Origin: the human T2T-CHM13v2.0 reference genome, Homo sapiens
Strand: one strand, 5' to 3'
DNA: 64,000 nt
NCBI RefSeq assembly: GCF_009914755.1
Contig: NC_060933.1
Positions 52,101 to 64,000 of the stretch are shown here, piece after piece (the stretch's first letter is position 1; the number at the start of each line of letters is the position of its first letter). The translations under genes and the position numbers were made by a program. The notes below the pieces were generated by a model that saw nothing but the letters and a program-made list of their open reading frames with translations, did not search any database and was not told the DNA's origin.

Positions 52101-55100
52101 GAATGGAAGGGGATGTAACCGAGTGGAAGGGAAAGGAATGGAATCAACCTGAGTGCAATGGAATGGAATGGAATGGAATGGAATGGAATGGAATGGAATG
52201 GAATCTACCAGAATGGAATGGAATGGAATGGAAGGAATGGTATGGAATGGAATGTACCCGAGTGGAATGGAATGTAATGGAATCGTATGGAGTGGAATAG
52301 AATGAAACGGAAAAGAATGGAATGGAATCAAATCGCGTGGAATGGAATGGAATGGAACTGAATCAAACAGAGTGAAACGGAATGGAATGGAATGGAATGG
52401 AATGGAATGGAATGGAATGGAATGGAATGGAATGGAATCACCCCGAATGGAATGGAGTGGAAAGGAATGGAATGGAATGGAATGAAATGGAATGGAATGG
52501 AATGGAATGGAATGGAACGAAATGGAAAGGAATGGAATGGAATCAACCCGAGTGCAATTGAAAGGAATCAAATGGAATAGAAAGGAATGGAATGGATTCA
52601 ACCCGAATGGAGTGGAAAGGAATGGAATCAACCCGAGTGGAATGGCATGGAATGGAATGGAATGCAATGGAATGGAAGGGAATGCAATGGAATGGAATGG
52701 AATGGTACGGAATAGAATGGAATGGAACGAAATGGAATGGAATGGAATGGAATGGATTGGAATCATTCTGAGTTGAATAGAAGGGAATGTATTCGAGTGG
52801 AATGGAAAGGAATGGAATCACCCCGAGTGGAATGGAAGGGAATGGAATGGAATGGAAAAGAACAGAATGGAATCAACCCGAGTGGAATGGATTGGAAAGG
52901 AATGGAATGGAATGGAATGGAATGGAATGAAATGGAATCAACTCGAGTGCAATGGAATGGAATGGAATGGAATGGAATCAACCCGAATAGAATGGAATGA
53001 AATAGAATCAACCAGAGTGGAATGGCATGGAATGGAAAGGAATGGAATGGAATTGAATGGTACGGAATAGAATGGAATGGAACGAAATGGAATGAAATGG
53101 ATTCAACCCAAATGGAGTGGAATGGAATGAAATGGAATTGTGTGGAATGGAATGGAATGGAATGGAGTGTAAAGGAATTGAATAGAATCAACCAGAATAG
53201 AATGTAATGTAATGGAATGGAAAGCAATGGAATGGAATGTAATGGAATGGAAAGGAATGGAATGGAATGGAATGGAATGGAAAGGAATCAACTCCAGTGG
53301 AATGGAATGGAATGGAATGGATTGGAATGGAATGCAATGGAATTGAATGGAATCATTCCGAGTGGAATGGAAGGGAATGTAATCCAGTGTAATGGAAACG
53401 TATGGAATCAACCCGAGTGGAATGGAAGGGAATGGAATGGAATGGAAAGGAATTTAATGGAATCAACCCGAGTGGGATGGAATGGAATGGAATGGAATGG
53501 AATGGAATCATCCCGAATGGAATGGAGTGGAATGGAATGGAATGGAATGGAATGTGGTGGAATGGAATGGAATCAACCCGAGTGCAATGGAATGGAATGG
53601 AATGGAAGGGAATGGAATATAATCAACCCGAATGGAATGGAATGCAAAGTAATCAACCCTAGTGCAATGGAATGGAATGGAATGGAATGGAATGGAATGG
53701 AATGGAATGGAATCAACCCCAGTGGAATGGAATAGAATGGAATGGAATGGAATGGAATGGAATGGAATGGAATGGAATGGAATCAACCCGAGTGGAGTGC
53801 AGTGGAATGGAATCAAATGGAATGTAATGGAAAGCAATGAAATGGAATTGAATGGAATGGATTGGAATGTAATGGAATGGAATCAAACCTAGTGCAATGG
53901 ACTGGAATTGAATGGAATGGAATGGAATGGAATGGAATGGAATCAAACCGAGTGGAATGGAATGGAAAGGAATGGAAAGGAATGGAATGGAATGGAATGG
54001 AATGGAATGGAATGCAATGGAATGGAATCAACCTGATTGGAATGGAAGGGAATGGAATGCAATGGAATGTAATAGAATAGAATGGATCGAAATGGAATGG
54101 AATGGAATCAACCCGATTGGAATGGAATGGAATGGAATGGAAAGGAATGGAACGGAATAGAGTGGAATGGATCGAAATGGAATGGAATGGAATCAACCCG
54201 ATTGGAATGGAATGGAATGGAATGGAATGGAATCGAGTGAACCTGAGTGGAATGGAATGGAAGGGAATGGAATGTAATTGAAGCTACCCAAATGGAATGG
54301 AATGGAATGGAATCGAATGGAGTGGCGTGGAATGAAATTGAATGGAATGGAATGGAATCAACTACTGTAGAATGGAATGGAATGAAACGGAATGGAATGA
54401 AATGGAATGGATTCAACCCGAGTACAATGGAATGGAATGGAATGGAATGGAATGGAATGGAATGGAATGGAATGGAATGCAACGGAATGGAATGGAATGG
54501 AATCAATCCGAGTGCAATTGAATGGAATGGAATGGAATGGAATGGAATGGAATGGAATGGAATGGAATCAATCGAGTCCAACAGAATGGAATAGAATGGA
54601 ATGGAATGGAATGGAATGGAATCAACCCGAGTAGAATGGAATGGAATGGAATCAACACGAGTGGAATGGCATTGAATGGAAAGGAATGGAATGGAATAGA
54701 ATGGTACGGAGTAGAATGGAATGGAACGAAACGGAACGGAATAGATTCAACCTAATTGGAATGGAATGGAATGGAATGGAATGAAATTGTGTGGAACGGA
54801 ATGGAATGGAATGGAGTGTAAAGGAATTGAATAGAATCAACTCGAATGGAATGGAATGCAACGGAATGCAATGAAGTGGAATGCAATGGAATGGAATGGA
54901 AAGGTACGGAATAGAATGGAATGGAAAGAAATGGAATGGAATGGATTCAACCCAATTGGAATGGAATGGAATGGAATGGAATGGAATTGTGTGGAATGGA
55001 ATGGAATCGAATGCAGTGTAAAGAACTGAATAGAATCAACCCGAATGGAATGGAATGGAATGGAATGGAAGGAATGGAATGCAATGGAATGGAATGGACT

Positions 55101-56109
55101 CAACTCGAGTGGAATGGAATGGTATGGAATGGATTGGAATGGAATGCAATGGAATGGAATGGAATCATTCCGATTGGAATGGAAGGGAATGTAATCGAGT
55201 GGAATGGAAAGGAATGGAATCAACCCGAGTGGAATGGAAGGGAATGGAATGGAAGAGAAAGGAATAGAATGGAATCAACCCGAGTGGAATGGAATGGAAT
55301 GGAATGGAGTGGAATGGAATGGAATGGAATATAATCAACCCGAAAGGAATGGAGTGGAATGGAATCAACCCGAGTGGAATGGCATGGAATGGAATGGAAT
55401 GGAATGAAATGGAATGGAATGGAACGGTATGGTAAGGAATAGAATGGAATGGAACGAAATGGATTGGAAGGGTTTCAACCCAATTGGAATGGAATGGAAT
55501 GGAATGGATTGGAATGGATTCGAATGGAATGCAATGGAATGGAATGGAATGGAATGGAATCATTCCGAGTGGAATGGAAAAGAATGTAATCCAGTGGAAT
55601 GGAAAGGAATGGAATCAACGCGAGTGCAATGGAATGTAATGAAATTGAATGGAATGGAATGGAATGGAATCTACCAGAATGGAATGGAATGGAATGGAAT
55701 GGAATGGAATGGAATGGAATGGAAAGTACCTGAGTGGAATGGAATGGAATGGAATGTTATGGCGTAGAATGGAATGAAACGGAAAAGAATGGAATGGAAT
55801 CAAATCGCGTGGAATTTAATGGAAAGGAAGTAAATCAAACAGAGTGGAATGGAATGGAATGGAATGGAATCACCCCGAATGGAATGGAGTGGAATTGAAT
55901 GGAATGGCATGGAATGAAAGGGAATGGAAAGGAATGGAATGGAATCAACCCGAGTGCAATTGAATGGAATCGAATGGAATGGAATGGAATGCAATGGATT
56001 CAACCCGAATGGAGTGGAAAGGAATGGATTCAACCCGAGTGGAATGGCATGGAATGGAATGGAATGCAATGGAATGGAGTGGAATGGTTTGGAATAGAAT
56101 GGAATGGAA

Positions 56110-59100
56110 TGAAATGGAATAGAATGGAATGGAATGGAATGGAATCAACCCGAGTGGAGTGCAGTGGAATGGAATCAAATGGAATGTAGTGGAAAGCAAT
56201 GAAATGGAATTGAATGGAATGGATTGGAATGTAATGGAATGGAATCAAACCTAGTGCAATGGAATGGAATGGAATGGAATGGAATGGAATGGAATGGAAT
56301 GGAATGGAATCAACCCGAGTGGAATGGAATGGAAAGGAATGGAATGGAATGGAATGGAATGGAATGGAATGGAAAAGAATGGAATGGAATGGAATGGGAT
56401 GGAATGGAATGGAATGGAATGGAATGGAATGCAATGGAATGGAATCAACCTGATTGGAATGGAAGGGAATGGAATGCAATGGAATGTATTAGAATAGAAT
56501 GGATCGAAATGGAATGGAATGGAATCAACCCGAATGGAATGGAATGGAATGGAATGGAATGGAATGGAACGGAATAGAGTGGAATGGATCGAAATGGAAT
56601 GGAATGGAATCAACCCGATTGGAATGGAATGGAATGGAATGGAATCGAGTGAACCTGAGTGGAATGGAATGGAAGGGAATGAAATGAAATTGAAGCTACC
56701 CGAATGGAATGGAATGGAATGGAATCAACTACTGTAGAATGGAATGGAATGAAGCGGAATGGAATGAAATGGAATGGATTCAACCCGAGTACAATGGAAT
56801 GGAATGGAATGGAATGGAATGGAATGGAATGGAATGGAAAGGAACGGAATGGAATGGAATGGAATCAATCCGAGTGCAATTGAATGGAATCGAATGGAAT
56901 GGAATGGATTCAACCCGAATGGAGTGGAAAGGCATGGCATCAACCCGAGTGGAATGGCATGGAATGGAATGGAATGCAATGGAATCAACCCGAATGGAAT
57001 GGAGTGGAATGGAATCAACCCGAGTGGAATGGCATGGAATGGAATGGGAAGGAAAGGAACGGAATGGTACGGAATAGAATGGAATGGAAGGAAATGGAAT
57101 GGAATGGATTCAACACAATTGGAATGGAATGGAATGGAATGGAATAATTCCGAGTGGAATAGAAGGGAATGTATTCGAGTGGAATGGAAAGGAATGATAT
57201 CAACACGAATGGAATGGAATGGAATGGATTGGAATGGAATGGAATGCAATGGAATGGAATGGAATGGTACGGAATAGAATGGAGTGGAACGAAATGGAAT
57301 GGAATGGAATGGAATGGAATGGAATGGAATCATTCTGAGTTGAATAGAAGGGAATGTATTCGAGTGGAATGGAAAGGAATGGAATCACCCCGAGTGCAAT
57401 GGAAGAGAATGGAATGGAATGGAAAAGAATATAATGGAATCAACCCGAGTGGAATGGATTGGAAAGGCATGGAATGGAATGGAATGGAATGGAATGAAAT
57501 GGAATCAACTCGAGTGCAATGGAATGGAATGGAATGGAATGGAATCAACCCGAATAGAATGGAATGAAATAGAATCAACCAGAGTGGAATGGCATGGAAT
57601 GGAAAGGAATGGAATGGAATTGAATGGTACGGAATAGAATGGAATGGAACGAAATGGAATGAAATGGATTCAACCCAAATGGAGTGGAATGGAATGAAAT
57701 GGAATTGTGTGGAATGGAATGTAATGGAATGGAGTGTAAAGGAATTGAATAGAATCAACCAGAATAGAATGGAATGTAATGGAATGGAAAGGAATGGAAT
57801 GGAATGGAATGGAATGGAAAGGAATCAACTCGAGTGGAATGGAATGGAATGGTATGGATTGGAATGGAATGCAATGGAATTGAATGGAATCATTCCGAGT
57901 GGAATGGAAGGGAATGTAATCCAGTGTAATGGAAACGAATGGAATCAACCCGAGTGGAATGGAAGGGAATGGAATGGAATGGAAAGGAATTTAATGGAAT
58001 CAACCCGAGTGGGATGGAATGGAATGGAATGGAATGGAATGGAATGGAATGGAATGGAATGGAATGGAATGGAATTATCCCGAATGGAATGGAGTGGAAT
58101 GGAATGGAATTGAATGGAATGTGGTGGAATGGAATGGAATCAACCCGAGTGCAATGGAATGGAATGGAATGGAAGGGAATGGAATATAATCAACCCGAAT
58201 GGAATGGAATGCAAAGTAATCAACCCTAATGCAATGGAAAGGAAAGGAATGGAATGGAATGGAATCAACCCCAGTGGAATGGAATAGAATGGAATGGAAT
58301 GGAATGGAATGGAATGGAATGGAATGGAATGGAATGGAATGGAATCAACCCGAGTGGAGTGCAGTGGAATGGAATCAAATGGAATGTAGTGGAAAGCAAT
58401 GAAATGGAATTGAATAGAATGGATTGGAATGTAATTGAATGGAATCAAACCTAGTGTAATGGAATGGAATGGAATGGAAAGGAATGGAATGGAATGGAAT
58501 CAACCCGAGTGGAATGGAATGGAAAGGAATGGAATGGAATGGAATGGAATGGAATGGAATGGGATGGAATGGAATGGAATGGAATGGAATGGAATGCAAT
58601 GGAATGGAATCAACCTGATTGGAATGGAAGGGAATGGAATGCAATGGAATGTAATAGAATAGAATGGATCGAAATGGAATGGAATGGAATCAACCCGATT
58701 GGAATGGAATGGAATGGAATGGAATGGAATGGAATGGAATGGAACGGAATAGAGTGGAATGGATCGAAATGGAATGGAATGGAATCAACCCGATTGGAAT
58801 GGAATGGAATGGAATGGAATGGAATGGAATGGGATGGAATGGAATGGAATGGAATGGAATGGAATGCAATGGAATGGAATCAACCTGATTGGAATGGAAG
58901 GGAATGGAATGCAATGGAATGTAATAGAATAGAATGGATAGAAATGGAATGGAATGGAATCAACCCGAATGGAATGGAATGGAATGGAATGGAATGGAAT
59001 GGAATGGAACGGAATAGAGTGGAATGGATCGAAATGGAATGGAATGGAATCAACCCGATTGGAATGGAATGGAATGGAATGGAATCGAGTGAACCTGAAT

Positions 59101-61560
59101 GGAATGGAATGGAAGGGAATGAAATGAAATTGAAGCTACCCGAATGGAATGGAATGGAATGGAATCAACTACTGTAGAATGGAATGGAATGAAACGGAAT
59201 GGAATGAAATGGAATGGATTCAAACCGAGTACAATGGAATGGAATGGAATGGAATGGAATGGAATGGAATGGAATGGAATAGAACGGAATGGAATGGAAT
59301 GGAATCAATCCGAGTGCAATTGAATGGAATCGAATGGAATGGAATGGATTCAACCCGAATGGAGTGGAAAGGCATGGAATCAACCCGAGTGGAATGGCAT
59401 GGAATGGAATGGAATGCAATGGAATCAACCCGAATGGAATGGAGTGGAATGGAATCAACCCGAGTGGAATGGCATGGAATGGAATGGGAAGGAAAGGTAC
59501 GGAATGGTACGGAATAGAATTGAATGGAAGGAAATGGAATGGAATGGATTCAACACAATTGGAATGGAATGGAATGGAATCGAATAATTCCGAGTGGAAT
59601 AGAAGGTAATGTATTCGAGTGGAATGGAAAGGAATGATATCAACCCGAATGGAATGGAATGGAATGGATTGGAATGGAATGGAATGCAATGGAATGGAAT
59701 GGAATGGTACGGAATAGAATGGAGTGGAACGAAATGGAATGGAATGGAATGGAATGGAATGGAATGGAATGGAATGGAATCATTCTGAGTTGAATAGAAG
59801 GGAATGTATTCGAGTGGAATGGAAAGGAATGGAATCACCGCGAGTGGAATGGAAGGGAATGGAATGGAATGAAAAAGAACATAATGGAATCAACCCGAGT
59901 GGAATGGATTGGAAAGGCATGGAATGGAACGGAATGGAATGGAATGAAATGGATTCAACTCGAGTGCAATGGAATGGAATGGAATGGAATCAACCCGAAT
60001 AGAATGGAATGAAATAGAATCAACCAGAGTGGAATGGCATGGAATGGAAAGGAATGGAATGGAATTGAATGGTACGGAATAGAATGGAATGGAACGAAAT
60101 GGAATGAAATGGATTCAACCCAAATGGAGTGGAATGGAATGAAATGGAATTGTGTGGAATGGAATGGAATGGAATGGAGTGTAAAGGAATTGAATAGAAA
60201 CAACCAGAATAGAATGGAATGTAATGGAATGGAAAGGAATGGAATGGAATGGAATGGAATGGAAAGGAATCAACTCGAGTGGAATGGAATGGAATGGTAT
60301 GGATTGGAATGGAATGCAATGGTATTGAATGGAATCATTCCGAGTGGAATGGAAGGGAATGTAATCCAGTGTAATGGAAACGAATGGAATCAACCCGAGT
60401 GGAATGGAAGGGAATGGAATGGAATGGAAAGGAATTTAATGGAATCAACCCGAGTGGGATGGAATGGAATGGAATGGAATGGAATGGAATTATCCCGAAT
60501 GGAATGGAGTGGAATGGAATGGAATTGAATGGAATGTGGTGGAATGGAATGGAATCAACCCGAGTGCAATGGAATGGAATGGAATGGAAGGGAATGGAAT
60601 ATAATCAACCCGAATGGAATGGAATGCAAAGTAATCAACCCTAGTGCAATGGAATGGAATGGAATGGAATGGAATGGAATGGAATGGAATCAACCCCAGT
60701 GGAATGGAATGGAATGGAATCAACCCCAGTGGAATGGAATAGAATGGAATGGAATGGAATGGAATGGAATGGAATGGAACGGAATGGAATCAACCCGAGT
60801 GGAGTGCAGTGGAATGGAATCAAATGGAATGTAGTGGAAAGCAATGAAATGGAATTGAATGGAATGGATTGGAATGTAATGGAATGGAATCAAACCTAGT
60901 GCAATGGAATGGAATGGAATGGAATGGAATGGAATGGAATGGAATGGAATGGAATGGAATCAACCCGAGTGGAATGGAATGGAAAGGAATGGAATGGAAT
61001 GGAATGGAATGGAATGGAATGGAATGGGATGGAATGGAATGGAATGGAATGGAATGGAATGGAATGCAATGGAATGGAATCAACCTGATTGGAATGGAAG
61101 GGAATGGAATGCAATGGAATGTAATAGAATAGAATGGATCGAAATGGAATGGAATGGAATCAACCCGATTGGAATGGAATGGAATGGAATGGAATGGAAC
61201 GGAATAGAGTGGAATGGATCGAAATGGAATGGAATGGAATCAACCCGATTGGAATGGAATGGAATGGAATCGAATCGAGTGAACCTGAGTGGAATGGAAT
61301 GGAAGGGAATGGAAAAAAATTGAAACTACCCGAATGGAATGGAATGGAATGGAATCGAATGGAGTGGCGTGGAATGAAATTGAATGGAATGGAATGGAAT
61401 CAACTACTGTAGAATGGAATGGAATGAAATGGAATGGAATGAAATGGAATGGATTCAACCCGAGTACAATGGAATGGAATGGAATGGAATGGAATGGAAT
61501 GGAATGGAATGGAATGGAACGGAATGGAATGGAATGGAATCAATCCGAGTGCAATTGAAT
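56110..61560 (+). repeat. ~2.2-2.44 kb higher-order unit, ~2.3 tandem copies
   Basis: ATCGAGTGAACCTGA at ~56644, 59084 and 61274. CAACTACTGTAGA at 56726, 59166 and 61401. GAATAATTCCGAG at ~57142/59582. GGAATTATCCCG at ~58071/60486. ORF translations are offset by 2440-2445. Confidence 0.88.
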
Positions 61561-61599
61561 GGAATCGAATGGAATGGAATGGAATGGAATGGAATGGAA

Positions 61600-64000
61600 T
61601 GGAATGGAATCAACTCGGGTGGAGTGGAATGGAATGGAATACATTGGAATGGAATTCAGTGGAATGGAATGGAATGGAATGGAATCATTCCAAGTGGAAT
61701 GGAAGGGAACGTAATCGAGTGGAATGAAAAGCAACAGAATCAACCCGAGTGCAATGGAATGGACTGGAATGGAATGGAATGGAATCAACTCGAGTGGAAT
61801 GGAATGGAATGGAAACAACCCGAGTGGAATGGAATTTAAAGGAATGGAATGGAATGGAATAGCATGGAATGGCAAGAACCCGAGTGGATTGGAATTGAAT
61901 GGAATGCATTGGAATCAAACTGAGTGCAATGGAATGGAATGGAATGGAATGGAACCTACCCGAGTGGAATGGAATGGTATGGAATGGAATGGAATGGAAT
62001 GGAATCAACCCGAATGGAATGGAATGGAATGGAATCAACCCTAGTGGAATGGCAGGTAATGGAATGGAATGTAATGGGATGGAATGGTACGGAATAGAAT
62101 GGAATGGAACGAAATGGAATGGAATGGATTCAACCCAATTGGAAAGGAATGGAATGGAATGGAATGGAATCAACCCGAGTGGAATGGCACGGTATGGAAT
62201 GGAATGGAATGGAATGGTACAGAATAGAATGGAATGGAGCGAAACGGAATGGAATGGATTCAACCCAATTGGAATGGAATGGAATGGAATGGAATGGAAT
62301 GGAATGGAATGGAATGGAATGGAATGGAATCAACTCGATTAGAATGGAATGGAATGGAATCGAGTGGAATGGAATGCAATGGAATGGAATGGAATCATTC
62401 CGAGTGGAATGGAAGGGAATGTAATCGAGTAGAATGGAAAGGAATGGAATCAACCTGAACGGAATGGAAGGGAATGGAATGCAATGGAATGGAATGGAAT
62501 GGAATCAACCCGAGTGGAATGGAATGGAATGGAATGGAATGGAATGGAATGGAATGGAATGGAAGAAACCCGAGTGGAATGCAATGGAATGGAATGGAAT
62601 GGTACGGAATAGAAAGGAATGGAACGAAATGGAATAGAATGGATTCAACCCACTTGGAATGGAATGGAATGGATTGGAGTAGAATGAAATGGAATGGAAT
62701 AGAATGGAATGGAATGGAATGCAATGGAATGGAATGGAATGGAATGGAATCATTCTGAGTGGAATGGAATAGAATGTAATCGAGTGGAATGGAAAGGAAT
62801 GGAATCAACACGAGTGGAATGGAAGGGAATGGAATGGAATGGAATGGAAGGGAATGGAATTGAATGGAAAGGAATGGAATGGAATCAACGCGAGTGCAAT
62901 GGAATGGAATGGAATGGAATGGAATGGAATCTAACCGAATGGAGTGGAATGGAATGGAATCAACCCGAGTGCAATGGAATGGAATGGAATGGAATGGAAT
63001 GGAATGGAATGGAATGGAATGGAATCGAATGGAGTAGAGTGGAATGAAACGGCATAGAATGGAATGGAATCAGCTCCCGTGGAACGGAATGGAATGGAAA
63101 TGAATCAAATAGTGTGGTCTGGAATGGAATGGAATGGAATGGAATGGAATGGAACGGAATGGAATGAAACGGAATGGAATGGAATTGAATGGAATCGAAT
63201 CCACCCGATTGGAAAAGAAGGGAATGGGATGGTGTGCAATGGAATCGAATGGAATGGAGTGGAAAGGAATTGAATAGAATCAACCCGAATGGAATGGATT
63301 GGAATGGAATGGAATGGAATGGAATGGAATGGAATGGAATGGAATCAACAAGTGTGGAATGGAATGGAATGGAATGGAATGGATTGGAATGGAATGGAAT
63401 AGAATTGAATGGAATGGAATCATTCCGAGTGGAATAGCAGGGAATGTAATGGAGTGGAATGGAAAGGAATAGAATCAACCCGAGTGGAATGGAATGGAAT
63501 GGAACGGAATAGAATTAAATGCAATTAACCCGAGTAGAGTGGAGTGGAATGGAATAGAATGGAATGGAATGTAAAGCAATGAAATGGAACGGAATGGAAT
63601 GGAATGGAAGGTAATGGAATGGAATCAAACCTAGTGGAATGGAATGGAATGGAATGGTATGAAATGGAATGGAATGGAATGAAATGGAATGGAATTCAAT
63701 GGAATCAACCCTAGTGGAATGGAATGGAATGGAATGGAATGAAATGGAATCAACACCAGTGGAATGCAATGGAAATGAATGGAATGGAATGGAATGGAAT
63801 GGAATGGAATGGAAAGGAATCAACCCGAGTGGAGTGGAGTGGAATGGAATCGAATGGAATGGAATGGAAAGCAATGAAATGGAATTGAATAGAATTTATT
63901 GGAATGTAATGGAATGGAATCAAACCTAGTGCAATGGACAAGAGTGGAAGGAATGGAATGGAATGGAATGGAATGGAATGGAATGGAATGGAATGGCAAG
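61600..64000 (+). repeat. More diverged HSat3 layer with many variants not seen elsewhere in the window
   Basis: Motifs I saw only once: CAACTCGGGTGG (61611), GGAATACATTGG (61636), GGAATTTAAAGG (61831), GGCAAGAACCCG (61871), CAGCTCCCGTGG (63071), AGTGTGGTCT (63111), GGTGTGCAAT (63231), GGACAAGAGTGG (63936). Confidence 0.75.

Larger units (their letters stand above)
1..64000 (+). repeat. Human/primate classical Satellite III (HSat3) array: (GGAAT)n with interspersed CAACCCGA(G/A)T; GGAAT (purine-rich) strand on + throughout
   Basis: Every line is GGAAT pentamers or close variants (GCAAT, GAAAT, AGAAT, GGAGT, TGAAT, GTAAT). They are interrupted every few tens to ~150 bp by CAACCCGAGT, CAACTCGAGT or CATTCCGAGT. 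Pentamer plus CAACCCGA(A/G)T is the established Satellite 3 simple-sequence consensus. Species, chromosome and subfamily cannot be fixed without alignment. Confidence 0.98.

Noticed and set aside
1-64000. Hundreds of ORFs encoding poly-(WNGME) on + and poly-(FHSIP) on -, up to 289 aa (16495-17364)
   Set aside because: (GGAAT)n has no stop codon in any frame on either strand and supplies an ATG every 5 bp, so such ORFs are expected. They overlap in all frames, are low-complexity and resemble no protein family. Poly-WNGME is known from the (TGGAA)n expansion in SCA31, but nothing here indicates translation.
1-64000. CRISPR-like alternation of a constant motif (CAACCCGAGT) with variable spacers
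   Set aside because: The motif is only 10 bp, spacing is irregular, the spacers are themselves GGAAT repeats and there are no cas genes. It is the standard Satellite 3 interruption.
1-64000. Assignment to HSat2, DYZ1, D15Z1 or a named HSat3 subfamily or chromosome
   Set aside because: The array lacks the degenerate CATTCGATT-rich character of HSat2 and shows no stable 3.6 kb or 1.8 kb period. Subfamily or chromosome assignment needs a k-mer or alignment search I cannot run.
1-64000. Strand inversion or inserted LINE/Alu/LTR/unique DNA
   Set aside because: No (ATTCC)n tract or non-pentameric stretch longer than ~40 bp was seen anywhere.
1-64000. Telomeric repeats or canonical G-quadruplex motifs
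   Set aside because: There are no TTAGGG arrays and GGG tracts are sparse and isolated (GAAGGGAA). Any unusual structure would be the family-wide GGA-mismatch hairpin type, not specific to this window.
1-64000. A previously undescribed encoded biological system or hidden message in the variant pattern
   Set aside because: The variant patterns I traced are explained by substitution, slippage and duplication of satellite units. No independent coding, RNA-structural or regulatory organisation is supported by the sequence.

Overview
The whole 64 kb window is one uninterrupted, single-orientation array of the (GGAAT)n / (ATTCC)n pentamer satellite, interspersed with the 10-mer CAACCCGAGT (also CAACCCGAAT and CAACTCGAGT). 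This is the signature of human/great-ape classical Satellite III (HSat3), i.e. pericentromeric or acrocentric-arm heterochromatin. I found no genes, RNA genes, transposon insertions, CRISPR arrays or strand inversions. All ORFs in the track are translations of the stop-free pentamer (poly-WNGME on +, poly-FHSIP on -). The real information is in the array architecture, read by eye from rare variant motifs. There is no single higher-order repeat. Instead there is a patchwork of local tandem duplications of different ages and lengths (about 2.0, 2.98, 2.4, 1.55, 6.27 with a nested 1.5, 2.35 and 2.44 kb). These overlie an older ~4.5-5.2 kb motif order that recurs ~35 kb apart, and a more diverged layer fills the last ~2.4 kb. 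I see no evidence for a new protein- or RNA-encoding system. Boundaries are approximate (tens of bp or more) because junctions fall in pure GGAAT runs.
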